Of a stretch of 64,000 nucleotides of DNA, positions 33,501 through 44,008 are shown piece after piece (within the stretch, counting starts at the first letter, position 1; every line of letters starts with the position of its first letter). Position numbers and translations under genes: made by a program. The stretch lies in NCBI GenBank assembly GCA_977862235.1, contig OZ374564.1:1240001-1304000 (forward strand), given 5' to 3'. The DNA comes from Dudresnaya verticillata. Taxonomy: Eukaryota. Under the pieces are notes generated by a model. That model saw only the letters and a list, made by a program, of their open reading frames with translations. It did no database searches and was not told the origin of the DNA.

Positions 33501-34347
33501 ACGGTTACGTCATTATGTCGCGGATCATCAGCGTGACTGGGACAGTTACGTGCATCCGCTTACCTATGCGTATAACCTTCAGGTTCACCGCTCGACGGGT
33601 ACTTCACCTTTTGATCTCGTCCTGTCCCGGCAACCTTCGGTTATACCTCTCCAAGGTTCCCCCACCACGGGTCTTACTAATCAGTTGGATTCTCAACTCA
33701 CCGTTGCTTCTGTCAAGCGTTTAACCATTCGGAAACTTCAACAGGCCATTGCAACGGCTCGGGGCACCCTCACGGCTGCCCAACAACGGTATAAATCGGC
33801 CTTTGATACCTCCATGGCACGGCCTTTTTCGGTTACCATCGGTGATTGGGTCTATCTGGACCGTCCTAAGTTCACGAAACGCCAAGTTGGTGAACGACAG
33901 GCTTCCCTCGTCGACCCCGCCGAGGAGCAGAACCTTTCTAGGAAACTTTTGCCCAAAGCGACCGGACCCTTTTTGGTTACAGCCGTTAATCCCAACCATA
34001 CGGTTACGATTAAGCAATACGGGCTTTTTAATACCGTTTCGCAAGACCGTATTTCGGTTGACCCTCATCGTGGACCCCGAACTCCCCTAGCCGACCCGGA
34101 GATAACGCAGGATGCGCCTTCGGCTCCTCCACCGCCTACTACCCAACCCCAGTCGGATTACTATACAGTTGACCACTTGGTTAAGCACCGTGTCACCGAC
34201 AGTGGTTACCAATACAAGGTTCGCTGGTATGGTTACGCCCCCAATGATGATACTTGGGAGCCCCCCGCGCACATCCCTCACAACTTTGTGTTACGCTACT
34301 GGCGCCGGCTTGACCAGACGCCACCGCCCGGAGCTGGGGGGGTGTAG
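30514..34347 (+). CDS. pol: Pol polyprotein, unit 4
   Basis: Same domains. Confidence 0.96.
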   Translation: MISARGVIDSGAGPNLVHVKILPNGWEKRAKPYKETTRSIVDASNNRILPLGVIPLYIRVGNLYTKTHFLVVANMPAEVILGTAFIDRHVTAIMPGPRRLLLKDAPAVPILGVSMGGITAPDATQPTVSTRVRIAKDWVIPPRSRSFVPVRTSASGLCLVQNIPRSLHKSLTIMENGIRDVLPMEVFPVLMTNFGDRPARLKKTQVVGHALPRPDQVLSIGTLQEAPQSDTQGEKPKAEPSWEDTVHIGVEDSATRSQIMEMLQEYQEMWSGQLGTIKATQHRIELMDGGKPIYQHPYRAGPKAREAEKAKVQRMLREGVIEPSGAEWASPVVLVAKPDGSLRFCVDYRRLNSITRRDSYPLPRMDECIDSLGDAKIFTTLDCNSGYWQVEVDPDDRDKTTFTCHEGLYRFIRMPFGLKNAPATFQRAVDIILSRCKWQYALVYLDDVVVYSRSINDHFHHLGTVLDLLRTAGVSLKLSKCKFFEASVDYLGHVIRPGKKLEVASKNVTALRQAKPPTDQTDLRSFLGVCNVYRRFVPNYARIASPLCRKLRKDQPFTFESLAEDEYDAFDELRRRLLTAPILALPRKGFRYYVDTDTCDLQVGCCLLQETEQGDKLPIGYWSRTLNSAERNYSATERECLAVVWSLLTLRPYLEGDRFTVRTDHEPLQWLLNLSDASGRLARWRLRLSEFDFLVTYNPGREHHLADTMSRLSTPGSDQTPLDDDIPCFALAVEHSTPRQLNLPTVRDLANQKGLPRQVNKQELLEAQSKDEYCQKMANQVGIAGSQFQWDHNGFLIRQATLDGALQIVVPKSLRPRILYLAHYPLLSGHPGGSRMYYTLRRQFYWPYMANDAYAVVGDCTKCVQNRGTVRKHQNYLKLFPAAGPLEFLAMDLAGPFPKTEHGNRFVLVITDRFSKLTRAIPLRNTNARTVAQVFLDHWVYPYGVPLYVLSDNGPQFVSKFFATICQTLGLRQLFTTAYHPQTNGQVERFNKTLVQRLRHYVADHQRDWDSYVHPLTYAYNLQVHRSTGTSPFDLVLSRQPSVIPLQGSPTTGLTNQLDSQLTVASVKRLTIRKLQQAIATARGTLTAAQQRYKSAFDTSMARPFSVTIGDWVYLDRPKFTKRQVGERQASLVDPAEEQNLSRKLLPKATGPFLVTAVNPNHTVTIKQYGLFNTVSQDRISVDPHRGPRTPLADPEITQDAPSAPPPPTTQPQSDYYTVDHLVKHRVTDSGYQYKVRWYGYAPNDDTWEPPAHIPHNFVLRYWRRLDQTPPPGAGGV

Positions 34348-34642
34348 GTGTCATGGATTTTCGCGGACCCCAAAGTACACATCGCGAAACGTCACTCAGA
34401 GAGTCAGCGCCACCCAATCAACAGGCTTCGCGACGGCGTTATCTCATGGAGTCAAATGAATCGGCACTAGGTCCTACCCCTCTTCACTTTTTCTATTTAT
34501 TCTACGCTACTTGCCTACAGTACACTGCACTCTTTTAGAAACCAAGACAAAGGACAGCCACACAGGGAGGTACAACACAAGACAGAAGATATTTTATTGG
34601 ACACTCGTCAGGTCACCCTAGAGGCTCATCTAATTAGAGTAC

Positions 34643-36979
34643 CTACTGGTAACGGGAACGTTTCCCAACCGACTCCTCGAAGTCGCCCGAACGAGAAGAC
34701 GCAAGGAGACGGGGTTGGAAAGGAGACGCCCTACGAGTCTCAGCAGGCGTGGTAGCTCCAGGAGTCGCTTCGGGCAGCGCCGCTCGGCTCCCTACCTCCA
34801 CGGGAGTAGCCATACTGGTAGTAACCCCGGTAGGAAGAGGCTGCGTCACCTGATAGGTAGAGGAGCCAGCTGGAGTCTCCTTAGGCGGCCCCCCCACAAC
34901 CATCTTGGTAATATCCGACGGAGCAGCGGATTGCCGTTCAGCTCCCTGAACGGGCCCCGGCGACGCCAGAGCCAAAGGGTCACCCGGTTGATAGTTCACC
35001 ACTTGGGTTAGCGAATCGGTCGCGCCACGAGCGGAAGTCTTCGGCTGAATATCGCTCTTGCGTAAGACCTCCCGGGTGAACTTGGTACAGGAGGTGACGA
35101 AACTCGTGGAGTTCTGCGGCATCGCCGCCGCCATGCTCGCAAGAGACGCCCGGACGTTGGCCACTTCGGTTCCCAAACGGTCCATCGTTGCCATATGGTT
35201 ACCCAGTTGGTTCACTTCGAAGTTCCCCATCTGGGCCACCTCCCGGAGTAACCAAGTCAGGAGGGCCTCCTTCGACACCCACTCCCGAGCGGCATCCAGA
35301 GCCTCCTCTACAGTTGCCGGTACCGGAACCTTTGCAGCGCGACACGCCTCTTGAAGTCGACCAAATTTAAGGTGACCAGAGGTAGAAAGGGTCGTTCCAG
35401 CTGGGACCGTCGCTGCACAAGAGGGACCACTCGGTGAAGCCAATGGGTTAACTTGTCAAGCCGCTGCTTCGCGAGTGACCATCGGGGGTATGCCAGTGGA
35501 GGGTGCCCGTGCGGGTGTCGCCGGACGCGCCTCACGCATTTGCGTTACTGTCCCCGGTGCCGCTCGTGGCTTTGGAGTCCCCGGACGCGCCCCCAGACCC
35601 AGGCGCGCAGTCCTCGCTGGAGTCACTGGCCCTGACGCTGCTCGCGCCCGGTCGGGGTAACCACTGTAGGTGGGTGCCTCATCGTCGTCGACCACTTGGT
35701 TTCTCTCCGAGTTCGGCCCCATGTGACCCCAGCCACGACCCATATTCCCTGCCTCCCCAAAGGAGTAGAGAGGCGGACCAGGACGGTTGTCAACGATATG
35801 TCGCCTACCAAATCGGCCAACCGCTTCGGCAACCTCAGGGTCATACGCAACCCAGACCTCGCCGGCGGCCCACTTGAAGGTCTCCGATGCGGTTAGTAGT
35901 CCCGCCAAGTCGTCACCCGCAAAGGTACTACCCCCACAAATGAGGTCAACCCCGAGGGTGCGAATGGCCTCGATGAGTGTCTTGGACAAGCGGAAGAGAC
36001 GACCATCCGGTAGACCATCTTGGGTATGATAACCAGCTTCGGTATAGGGCGTCGCGTCCCACATGCCAAAGTAGGCTGCCTGAAGAAAGGCCAGTGCTAC
36101 GTGGAGTACCTGCTCGGTTTTGGAGATTGACCACACCGGGTAATACCACTTCGCCGCAGATTCACGCGCATGGGCGCTGAAGTACACCAAAACTCCTGGA
36201 GTTAACGACGGCAAGGAGCGCGGACCTTCGATGGCGTGCCACCAGCTGGGTTTCTTCACATAGTAATCACGACGCCGACCCATGGGGATATTCCACATTT
36301 CGACGTTGTGAAACCCCGCTAGGAGAGCATCGGTACGGTTGCGGATGCGCGTCTCCGTCCAGATGTCCACTGCCCACCGCTCGGTCAACCACCACAGGTC
36401 GGGAAAAGGCTTCGACTCCAGGAGTGACTCAGGAAGTAACTTGATCTCGTTCACCCACTGGTTACCCTCAAGGAAGCGGTAGAGAGAGGGGACGTAGTCT
36501 TCTTCGAACCCGACACGCAGCCACTTGAGGTCACTACCATAATGGTTCGGAACGAGGACGCTTGGCGGACAGTGACGCAGACGCGCAACCCACTGGTTCT
36601 CGCGCTTACCCTCGGGGATCGCCCGGAAGCGGTAGGTGTCCGGATGGGTGTCCACGAGGTAACCTTGGAGTGGGAACTGCTCCAGCACCTCCTGGTTGGA
36701 AAACGCCGACAAACCGCCGTGGCCACCCATGGGGGAAGACTGGGCCATCGCGGCGTAGTAACCTCCGCGGCTTACGCAAGGCGTGACTGGAAAGACCACG
36801 TCGGGGTTGGAGAAACGACGGCGACGGGGTGGTGAACGGCGTGGTGTTGGTTGTGGTTGACGTGGGACCATGTTGGAAAACCCTTTGAGGTGATGCTGCT
36901 GCGGAAGAGAAGTACTGCTGCACGCGGGATCGATTGTCGGCCGACGACGGTCATGGGCGTCGAACCGTCTGGATACCAA
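34643..36979 (-). CDS. Antisense accessory ORF, unit 4 (internal TGA 35458-35456)
   Basis: Copy of 6545-8881. Confidence 0.8.
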
Positions 36980-37243
36980 ACGGTTATGATTTCGCGCGAA
37001 ACGCGTGCAGGCTGCCCTGGCGTCCCGAGGACGGGCCGCAATCTCGGGGGGAGCTCTGTAATACAGTGAAGGGCTTACAGAAGTGGGCCCTCTGCCCGCG
37101 TGTATGCGCGAAAATAGCGTTACCTATAGGGCGCCAGCAGGGACAAGATGGGTAGCCTATGATTGGTCCAAGTGTCACCCTGCAGGTCAGTAGCTTAGTA
37201 TCTGTCTATTTATTTTAGAAATTATAGCTTAGGATAGGGGGCG

Positions 37244-37575
37244 TGTATATAGCCCAGTATGAGGGGTGCTGCCTGACAGTCGGAGTACCATATAAGGGTA
37301 TCTCCCGTAGCGGTCACTGAACAGTAAAGGTAAGCACCTTCCGGCCCCAACTACGTCTCCAAGCTATCGGCACCGCAGCACACTTGTCACCCGTGCCCGG
37401 TTAACCGCCCGCCCAGTGAACTACCTTCAGTATCGTGCTTCCAATCAGGTTACGTGCCCTCGTCTCCCCTCTGGGTTCCTCCCGCTCTACCACCGCTACC
37501 AGGTACCCGCTCTGTGGCTTTCTCATTGAGTGCACTCTTTGAGTTCACAAGAGACCCAAAAGGCACTTCCTTACA
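37244..37575 (+). repeat. LTR shared by units 4 and 5
   Basis: Copy of 9146-9477. Confidence 0.75.
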
Positions 37576-37690
37576 TCTGGTCTCCCGACCTAGAACTTCA
37601 AGGTTGATGAGCCGTTAAGAGGACGACGAATATCGTAACCCAATTGGATACTGAAGAAAATCAACCCACCAAGGCCCCTGTTACTCCAAG

Positions 37691-39724
37691 ATGTCAACTC
37701 ACTCTCAAAGTAGTTCCCGTCGTGGTCAGAAGGCGGAGCAGACCCCATTGGTCCCCCCAGTTGAGGACCCGGAGTCTTTTCTCCACCCTCCGAGAACTCC
37801 TGGAGTAGAACAAGAGGAACCGCCTGGTCAAGCATCCACCAATCCCGTAACAGGTAAACCCTTAGCCGGTCCTTCGAAAGAAGTCGCAAGGCAGCCCCCG
37901 CTACATTCCAACCGTAACCATTGGGTCAATACTGATCTGATGCCCCTTCTGATCAACTGGCTACATGATGAGTTGACCCTTCGGTTACCTCAAACGGTTG
38001 AACCACTAGTGGGACACTTTCTAGAGGAACAAGGTCCAAGGACACTCTCAGAGTTTGCCGCCACGGCTACTGACAAGTTAGTCCAGTCATGGACCACTCA
38101 GCCGGACAGTAGTCCAATCTATGGGATGCATACCAAAATGGTTCCCCCGTTGGTCGCTCAGTCTCTCGAGGCCTATGGGCAAGCAGCGGACCCTTCAACT
38201 GGACCAAAGTCTAAACCCACAGGGGAAACCAAAGTGGAAAATAAGGAGGATGATGTCGTCCCTCCTAGCATCGTTCTACCAACCAAAACTGGTGATATAA
38301 AAAAGGAACCCGAAGGGGGTTTGTCGGACTCCGAAGGTAGTAAGAGTAACCGACAAGGATCGAAGTCCAAGAATTCTAAAAAGAAGAAGAAGAAGGACAA
38401 ATGAAAGAAAAATAAGAAGAAACATCACTCATCTGAGTCTGACTCATCGTCAGTTACCTCAGATGGTTCAAGTTCGGATGATTCATCCGATGATGACCGA
38501 CGGCGCCGTCGCCGGTCGTCTAAACCTACAAAGGTCAGGAGGATTAAACCCCTTAACGACCTATTTACCCGAGTGGTTAGCTTTCAAAGTTACCGATTAG
38601 ACAACCGCTCAAGGCTTTACTCTTCGAGAATCTCTCGGAAAGTAAATACCTACTATAAGAGGATGGCTATTCAGATGCCACCCTCTCGGTTTTCGGGGGT
38701 AGACCCGATTAACACCTTGGGTTTCCTAGCAAGGTTCAAGCATGCCTGTAACCACAATGATATCCATGAAGGAGCTGCCGTTTGGTTACTACAATATTTT
38801 ATGGCAGGAACCGCAAGGGACAACCTTCAGGCGAGGCTCCAGACAAGAACCAGTATGGTCGTAGACTATGAAGATGAGGGAGATTTATTAACAACGTACC
38901 CTGAAGTGGTTAATTACCTTTTGGAAACTTATGCTACCGATGAGGTTATTGCACTAGCCTATGCCGACGTGATTTCGTTGCGACAAGCAGAGGGCAAAAC
39001 GGAACGGGACTTCGCAGAGTTAGTAAGAGCCAGAGCTCGCCGTTGCGGGTCGGTGTTCACTGAACACCGCCTCAAGGCGATCTTCGTTGATGGGCTCCTC
39101 CCTAGTATCCGTGCACCGGTTCGTAACCGATTGGCTTCCTCAAAGAGTTTGTCCTACACCCATATTACACAGTATGCACAAGATCTTGGGGAAGCTCACA
39201 GGAGTACACGTGGGACGACTAACCTAAAGGGTAAAAGGGGAGTAATTCCCGTCGCCGCGGTTAGCTTCGAGAAACCGCCGTCTCACTCCGTGAGTACGTC
39301 GACAGCTACCTCCGAGGGTTTACCGGGAATGGAAGACATTCATGAAGAGGAGATTTTCCAACTTGGTGAAGAATTATCTAACCAGTCTATGACACCCCCG
39401 TCTTCGATAACCACAGTAGGATCCCGAGATGGTGCGCCGATACGGGCATGTTGGATCTGTGTTAACCCAGACCACATGGCACATGAATGTCCATTGGTAA
39501 CCCCCGCGGTTCGCGCTGGCATAATTGCTTCCAGAAGGCAAAACCTCTATGGTTTAGCTCGGGCCCGAGCCATGCAAGGTAATCGACAAGGTAACCCCGG
39601 GGCCTCCTCCTCAACCGGCCATCCGGGCCCCACCCAGGCTAGACGCACGGGATCACCCTCAGTGGAGCCCTCAAAGGCAGCTCAAGGAGTTTCCATTGCG
39701 GAAAACGTGGAGGAGGAGGCATAA
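37691..39724 (+). pseudogene. gag: gag with premature TGA at 38402-38404
   Basis: Same nonsense change; private Arg>Leu at 37947. Confidence 0.92.
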
Positions 39725-39879
39725 CGACGCATGCCCCCTCCTCAAATATGCGCCTTCCAGAACCCGTATTACGACCCGATGTCGTGGATAACCTGGAGGG
39801 TGATGACTATGATGAAGTATGTTTACTTAAGAAGCAAAACTACAAAGTGGATCTATCGTTAGGGGTCTGGTCATCTTAG

Positions 39880-42800
39880 ATGATATCCGCAAGGGGCGTG
39901 ATTGATTCTGGCGCCGGACCCAATCTGGTTCATGTTAAAATTTTACCTAATGGTTGGGAAAAGCGAGCCAAACCCTATAAGGAAACCACGCGTAGCATCG
40001 TTGACGCTTCTAATAATCGAATATTACCTCTAGGAGTCATCCCCTTGTATATCCGTGTCGGTAATCTCTATACGAAGACCCATTTTCTGGTTGTTGCTAA
40101 TATGCCTGCCGAAGTTATACTTGGTACAGCCTTCATCGATCGGCATGTCACAGCCATCATGCCGGGACCCCGAAGGTTACTCTTGAAGGATGCCCCAGCC
40201 GTACCTATCCTCGGTGTTTCCATGGGAGGAATTACTGCTCCCGATGCCACACAACCAACGGTTTCTACCAGAGTGAGAATAGCCAAAGACTGGGTCATAC
40301 CTCCTAGGTCACGTTCATTCGTGCCGGTGAGAACCAGCGCATCTGGATTATGCCTGGTTCAAAATATCCCGCGGTCACTACATAAGTCGTTAACCATTAT
40401 GGAAAACGGGATCAGGGACGTTCTTCCGATGGAAGTTTTCCCTGTGCTAATGACCAATTTTGGTGATCGCCCTGCTCGCTTGAAAAAGACGCAAGTAGTA
40501 GGCCATGCGTTACCACGGCCGGATCAGGTTTTGAGCATTGGAACTTTACAAGAAGCTCCCCAGTCGGATACCCAGGGGGAGAAGCCAAAGGCGGAACCCA
40601 GTTGGGAAGACACTGTCCATATAGGTGTCGAAGACAGTGCTACTCGATCCCAAATCATGGAAATGCTTCAAGAGTATCAAGAAATGTGGTCAGGCCAACT
40701 GGGCACCATTAAGGCCACTCAGCACAGGATTGAGTTGATGGACGGGGGAAAACCCATCTATGAACACCCTTATAGAGCTGGCCCTAAAGCTCGGGAAGCC
40801 GAAAAGGCGAAAGTACAACGAATGTTACGCGAAGGCGTTATTGAACCCTCTGGGGCAGAATGGGCCAGTCCCGTAGTCCTGGTGGCCAAACCGGATGGGT
40901 CTCTACGTTTTTGCGTCGACTATCGCCGACTTAATAGTATTACTCGGAGAGATTCCTATCCGTTACCTCGAATGGACGAATGTATCGACTCGCTGGGAGA
41001 CGCTAAGATATTTACGACGCTCGACTGTAATAGTGGCTATTGGCAAGTTGAAGTCGATCCCGACGATCGCGATAAGACGACGTTCACCTGCCACGAAGGA
41101 TTATACCGTTTTATCAGGATGCCATTTGGTCTCAAGAATGCGCCCGCCACATTCCAACGGGCAGTCGACATTATATTATCTCGATGCAAGTGGCAATACG
41201 CTTTGGTTTACCTCGACGACGTTGTTGTGTACTCTCGGAGTATTAATGACCACTTCCACCATTTAGGTACTGTGCTTGATCTACTAAGAACCGCAGGGGT
41301 TTCTCTTAAGTTATCTAAGTGTAAGTTCTTCGAGGCGTCCGTCGATTACCTCGGCCATGTCATACGCCCAGGAAAAAAGCTGGAAGTCGCCTCCAAGAAC
41401 GTTACCGCACTACGCCAGGCGAAACCTCCCACGGATCAAACCGATTTAAGGTCATTTCTTGGAGTATGTAACGTCTATCGACGCTTCGTCCCTAATTATG
41501 CACGCATTGCGTCTCCGCTCTGCAGGAAACTCCGCAAGGATCAACCCTTCACTTTTGAGTCACTCGCAGAGGATGAATACGACGCCTTCGACGAACTCCG
41601 GCGTCGTCTTTTAACGGCACCCATATTGGCGTTACCTCGAAAGGGATTCCGTTATTACGTAGATACCGATACGTGCGACCTTCAGGTTGGCTGTTGTTTA
41701 CTTCAAGAAACCGAACAAGGGGATAAGCTGCCTATTGGTTATTGGAGTCGCACTCTTAATTCCGCCGAGCGTAATTATTCGGCTACCGAACGGGAATGTC
41801 TCGCCGTTGTATGGAGTCTTTTAACACTCCGACCTTACCTTGAAGGTGACCGCTTTACGGTTAGAACCGACCACGAACCACTTCAGTGGTTGCTAAACCT
41901 CTCGGATGCATCGGGTCGCCTAGCCCGTTGGCGTTTACGACTCTCGGAGTTCGACTTCCTAGTCACCTATAATCCTGGAAGGGAACATCATTTGGCAGAC
42001 ACCATGTCACGGCTTTCGACTCCAGGGAGTGACCAAACCCCATTAGACGATGACATCCCCTGTTTTGCCCTCGCGGTTGAACATAGCACCCCGCGTCAGC
42101 TCAATTTACCCACCGTCCGTGACTTGGCAAACCAAAAGGGTTTACCCCGTCAGGTTAATAAGCAAGAACTCCTCGAGGCACAATCAAAGGATGAGTACTG
42201 CCAAAAGATGGCTAACCAAGTTGGTATCGCTGGCTCCCAATTCCAGTGGGACCATAATGGTTTTCTAATCCGCCAAGCGACACTCGATGGAGCACTTCAG
42301 ATAGTAGTGCCAAAGTCCCTGCGTCCCCGCATCCTATATTTGGCCCACTATCCTCTCCTCTCTGGACACCCTGGTGGTTCAAGGATGTACTACACCCTCC
42401 GGCGACAGTTTTATTGGCCGTATATGGCTAATGACGCATATGCCGTTGTGGGTGACTGTACTAAGTGTGTCCAAAATCGGGGTACCGTACGGAAACATCA
42501 GAACTACCTTAAGCTATTTCCCGCCGCTGGCCCACTGGAATTCCTTGCTATGGATCTCGCGGGACCTTTCCCCAAAACAGAGCACGGCAACCGTTTCGTC
42601 CTGGTTATTACCGATCGGTTTTCTAAGCTTACGCGCGCCATACCTTTACGGAATACCAATGCCCGCACGGTCGCACAAGTTTTTCTGGACCACTGGGTCT
42701 ACCCTTACGGTGTCCCGTTATATGTGCTTTCCGATAATGGTCCACAGTTCGTGTCCAAGTTCTTCGCCACGATCTGCCAAACCCTGGGGTTACGTCAGTT

Positions 42801-43713
42801 ATTCACAACCGCTTACCACCCCCAGACCAACGGTCAGGTCGAACGATTCAATAAGACCCTTGTCCAACGGTTACGTCATTATGTCGCGGATCATCAGCGT
42901 GACTGGGACAGTTACGTGCATCCGCTTACCTATGCGTATAACCTTCAGGTTCACCGCTCGACGGGTACTTCACCTTTTGATCTCGTCCTGTCCCGGCAAC
43001 CTTCGGTTATACCTCTCCAAGGTTCCCCCACCACGGGTCTTACTAATCAGTTGGATTCTCAACTCACCGTTGCTTCTGTCAAGCGTTTAACCATTCGGAA
43101 ACTTCAACAGGCCATTGCAACGGCTCGGGGCACCCTCACGGCTGCCCAACAACGGTATAAATCGGCCTTTGATACCTCCATGGCACGGCCTTTTTCGGTT
43201 ACCATCGGTGATTGGGTCTATCTGGACCGTCCTAAGTTCACGAAACGCCAAGTTGGTGAACGACAGGCTTCCCTCGTCGACCCCGCCGAGGAGCAGAACC
43301 TTTCTAGGAAACTTTTGCCCAAAGCGACCGGACCCTTTTTGGTTACAGCCGTTAATCCCAACCATACGGTTACGATTAAGCAATACGGGCTTTTTAATAC
43401 CGTTTCGCAAGACCGTATTTCGGTTGACCCTCATCGTGGACCCCGAACTCCCCTAGCCGACCCGGAGATAACGCAGGATGCGCCTTCGGCTCCTCCACCG
43501 CCTACTACCCAACCCCAGTCGGATTACTATACAGTTGACCACTTGGTTAAGCACCGTGTCACCGACAGTGGTTACCAATACAAGGTTCGCTGGTATGGTT
43601 ACGCCCCCAATGATGATACTTGGGAGCCCCCCGCGCACATCCCTCACAACTTTGTGTTACGCTACTGGCGCCGGCTTGACCAGACGCCACCGCCCGGAGC
43701 TGGGGGGGTGTAG
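39880..43713 (+). CDS. pol: Pol polyprotein, unit 5
   Basis: Same domains; private Gln>Glu at 40762. Confidence 0.96.
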   Translation: MISARGVIDSGAGPNLVHVKILPNGWEKRAKPYKETTRSIVDASNNRILPLGVIPLYIRVGNLYTKTHFLVVANMPAEVILGTAFIDRHVTAIMPGPRRLLLKDAPAVPILGVSMGGITAPDATQPTVSTRVRIAKDWVIPPRSRSFVPVRTSASGLCLVQNIPRSLHKSLTIMENGIRDVLPMEVFPVLMTNFGDRPARLKKTQVVGHALPRPDQVLSIGTLQEAPQSDTQGEKPKAEPSWEDTVHIGVEDSATRSQIMEMLQEYQEMWSGQLGTIKATQHRIELMDGGKPIYEHPYRAGPKAREAEKAKVQRMLREGVIEPSGAEWASPVVLVAKPDGSLRFCVDYRRLNSITRRDSYPLPRMDECIDSLGDAKIFTTLDCNSGYWQVEVDPDDRDKTTFTCHEGLYRFIRMPFGLKNAPATFQRAVDIILSRCKWQYALVYLDDVVVYSRSINDHFHHLGTVLDLLRTAGVSLKLSKCKFFEASVDYLGHVIRPGKKLEVASKNVTALRQAKPPTDQTDLRSFLGVCNVYRRFVPNYARIASPLCRKLRKDQPFTFESLAEDEYDAFDELRRRLLTAPILALPRKGFRYYVDTDTCDLQVGCCLLQETEQGDKLPIGYWSRTLNSAERNYSATERECLAVVWSLLTLRPYLEGDRFTVRTDHEPLQWLLNLSDASGRLARWRLRLSEFDFLVTYNPGREHHLADTMSRLSTPGSDQTPLDDDIPCFALAVEHSTPRQLNLPTVRDLANQKGLPRQVNKQELLEAQSKDEYCQKMANQVGIAGSQFQWDHNGFLIRQATLDGALQIVVPKSLRPRILYLAHYPLLSGHPGGSRMYYTLRRQFYWPYMANDAYAVVGDCTKCVQNRGTVRKHQNYLKLFPAAGPLEFLAMDLAGPFPKTEHGNRFVLVITDRFSKLTRAIPLRNTNARTVAQVFLDHWVYPYGVPLYVLSDNGPQFVSKFFATICQTLGLRQLFTTAYHPQTNGQVERFNKTLVQRLRHYVADHQRDWDSYVHPLTYAYNLQVHRSTGTSPFDLVLSRQPSVIPLQGSPTTGLTNQLDSQLTVASVKRLTIRKLQQAIATARGTLTAAQQRYKSAFDTSMARPFSVTIGDWVYLDRPKFTKRQVGERQASLVDPAEEQNLSRKLLPKATGPFLVTAVNPNHTVTIKQYGLFNTVSQDRISVDPHRGPRTPLADPEITQDAPSAPPPPTTQPQSDYYTVDHLVKHRVTDSGYQYKVRWYGYAPNDDTWEPPAHIPHNFVLRYWRRLDQTPPPGAGGV

Positions 43714-44008
43714 GTGTCATGGATTTTCGCGGACCCCAAAGTACACATCGCGAAACGTCACTCAGAGAGTCAGCGCCACCCAATCAACAGGCTTCGCGAC
43801 GGCGTTATCTCATGGAGTCAAATGAATCGGCACTAGGTCCTACCCCTCTTCACTTTTTCTATTTATTCTACGCTACTTGCCTACAGTACACTGCACTCTT
43901 TTAGAAACCAAGACAAAGGACAGCCACACAGGGAGGTACAACACAAGACAGAAGATATTTTATTGGACACTCGTCAGGTCACCCTAGAGGCTCATCTAAT
44001 TAGAGTAC

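Larger units (their letters stand above)
27878..37575 (+). mobile_element. Ty3/gypsy retrotransposon, unit 4 (gag nonsense)
   Basis: Copy at +28098. Confidence 0.95.
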
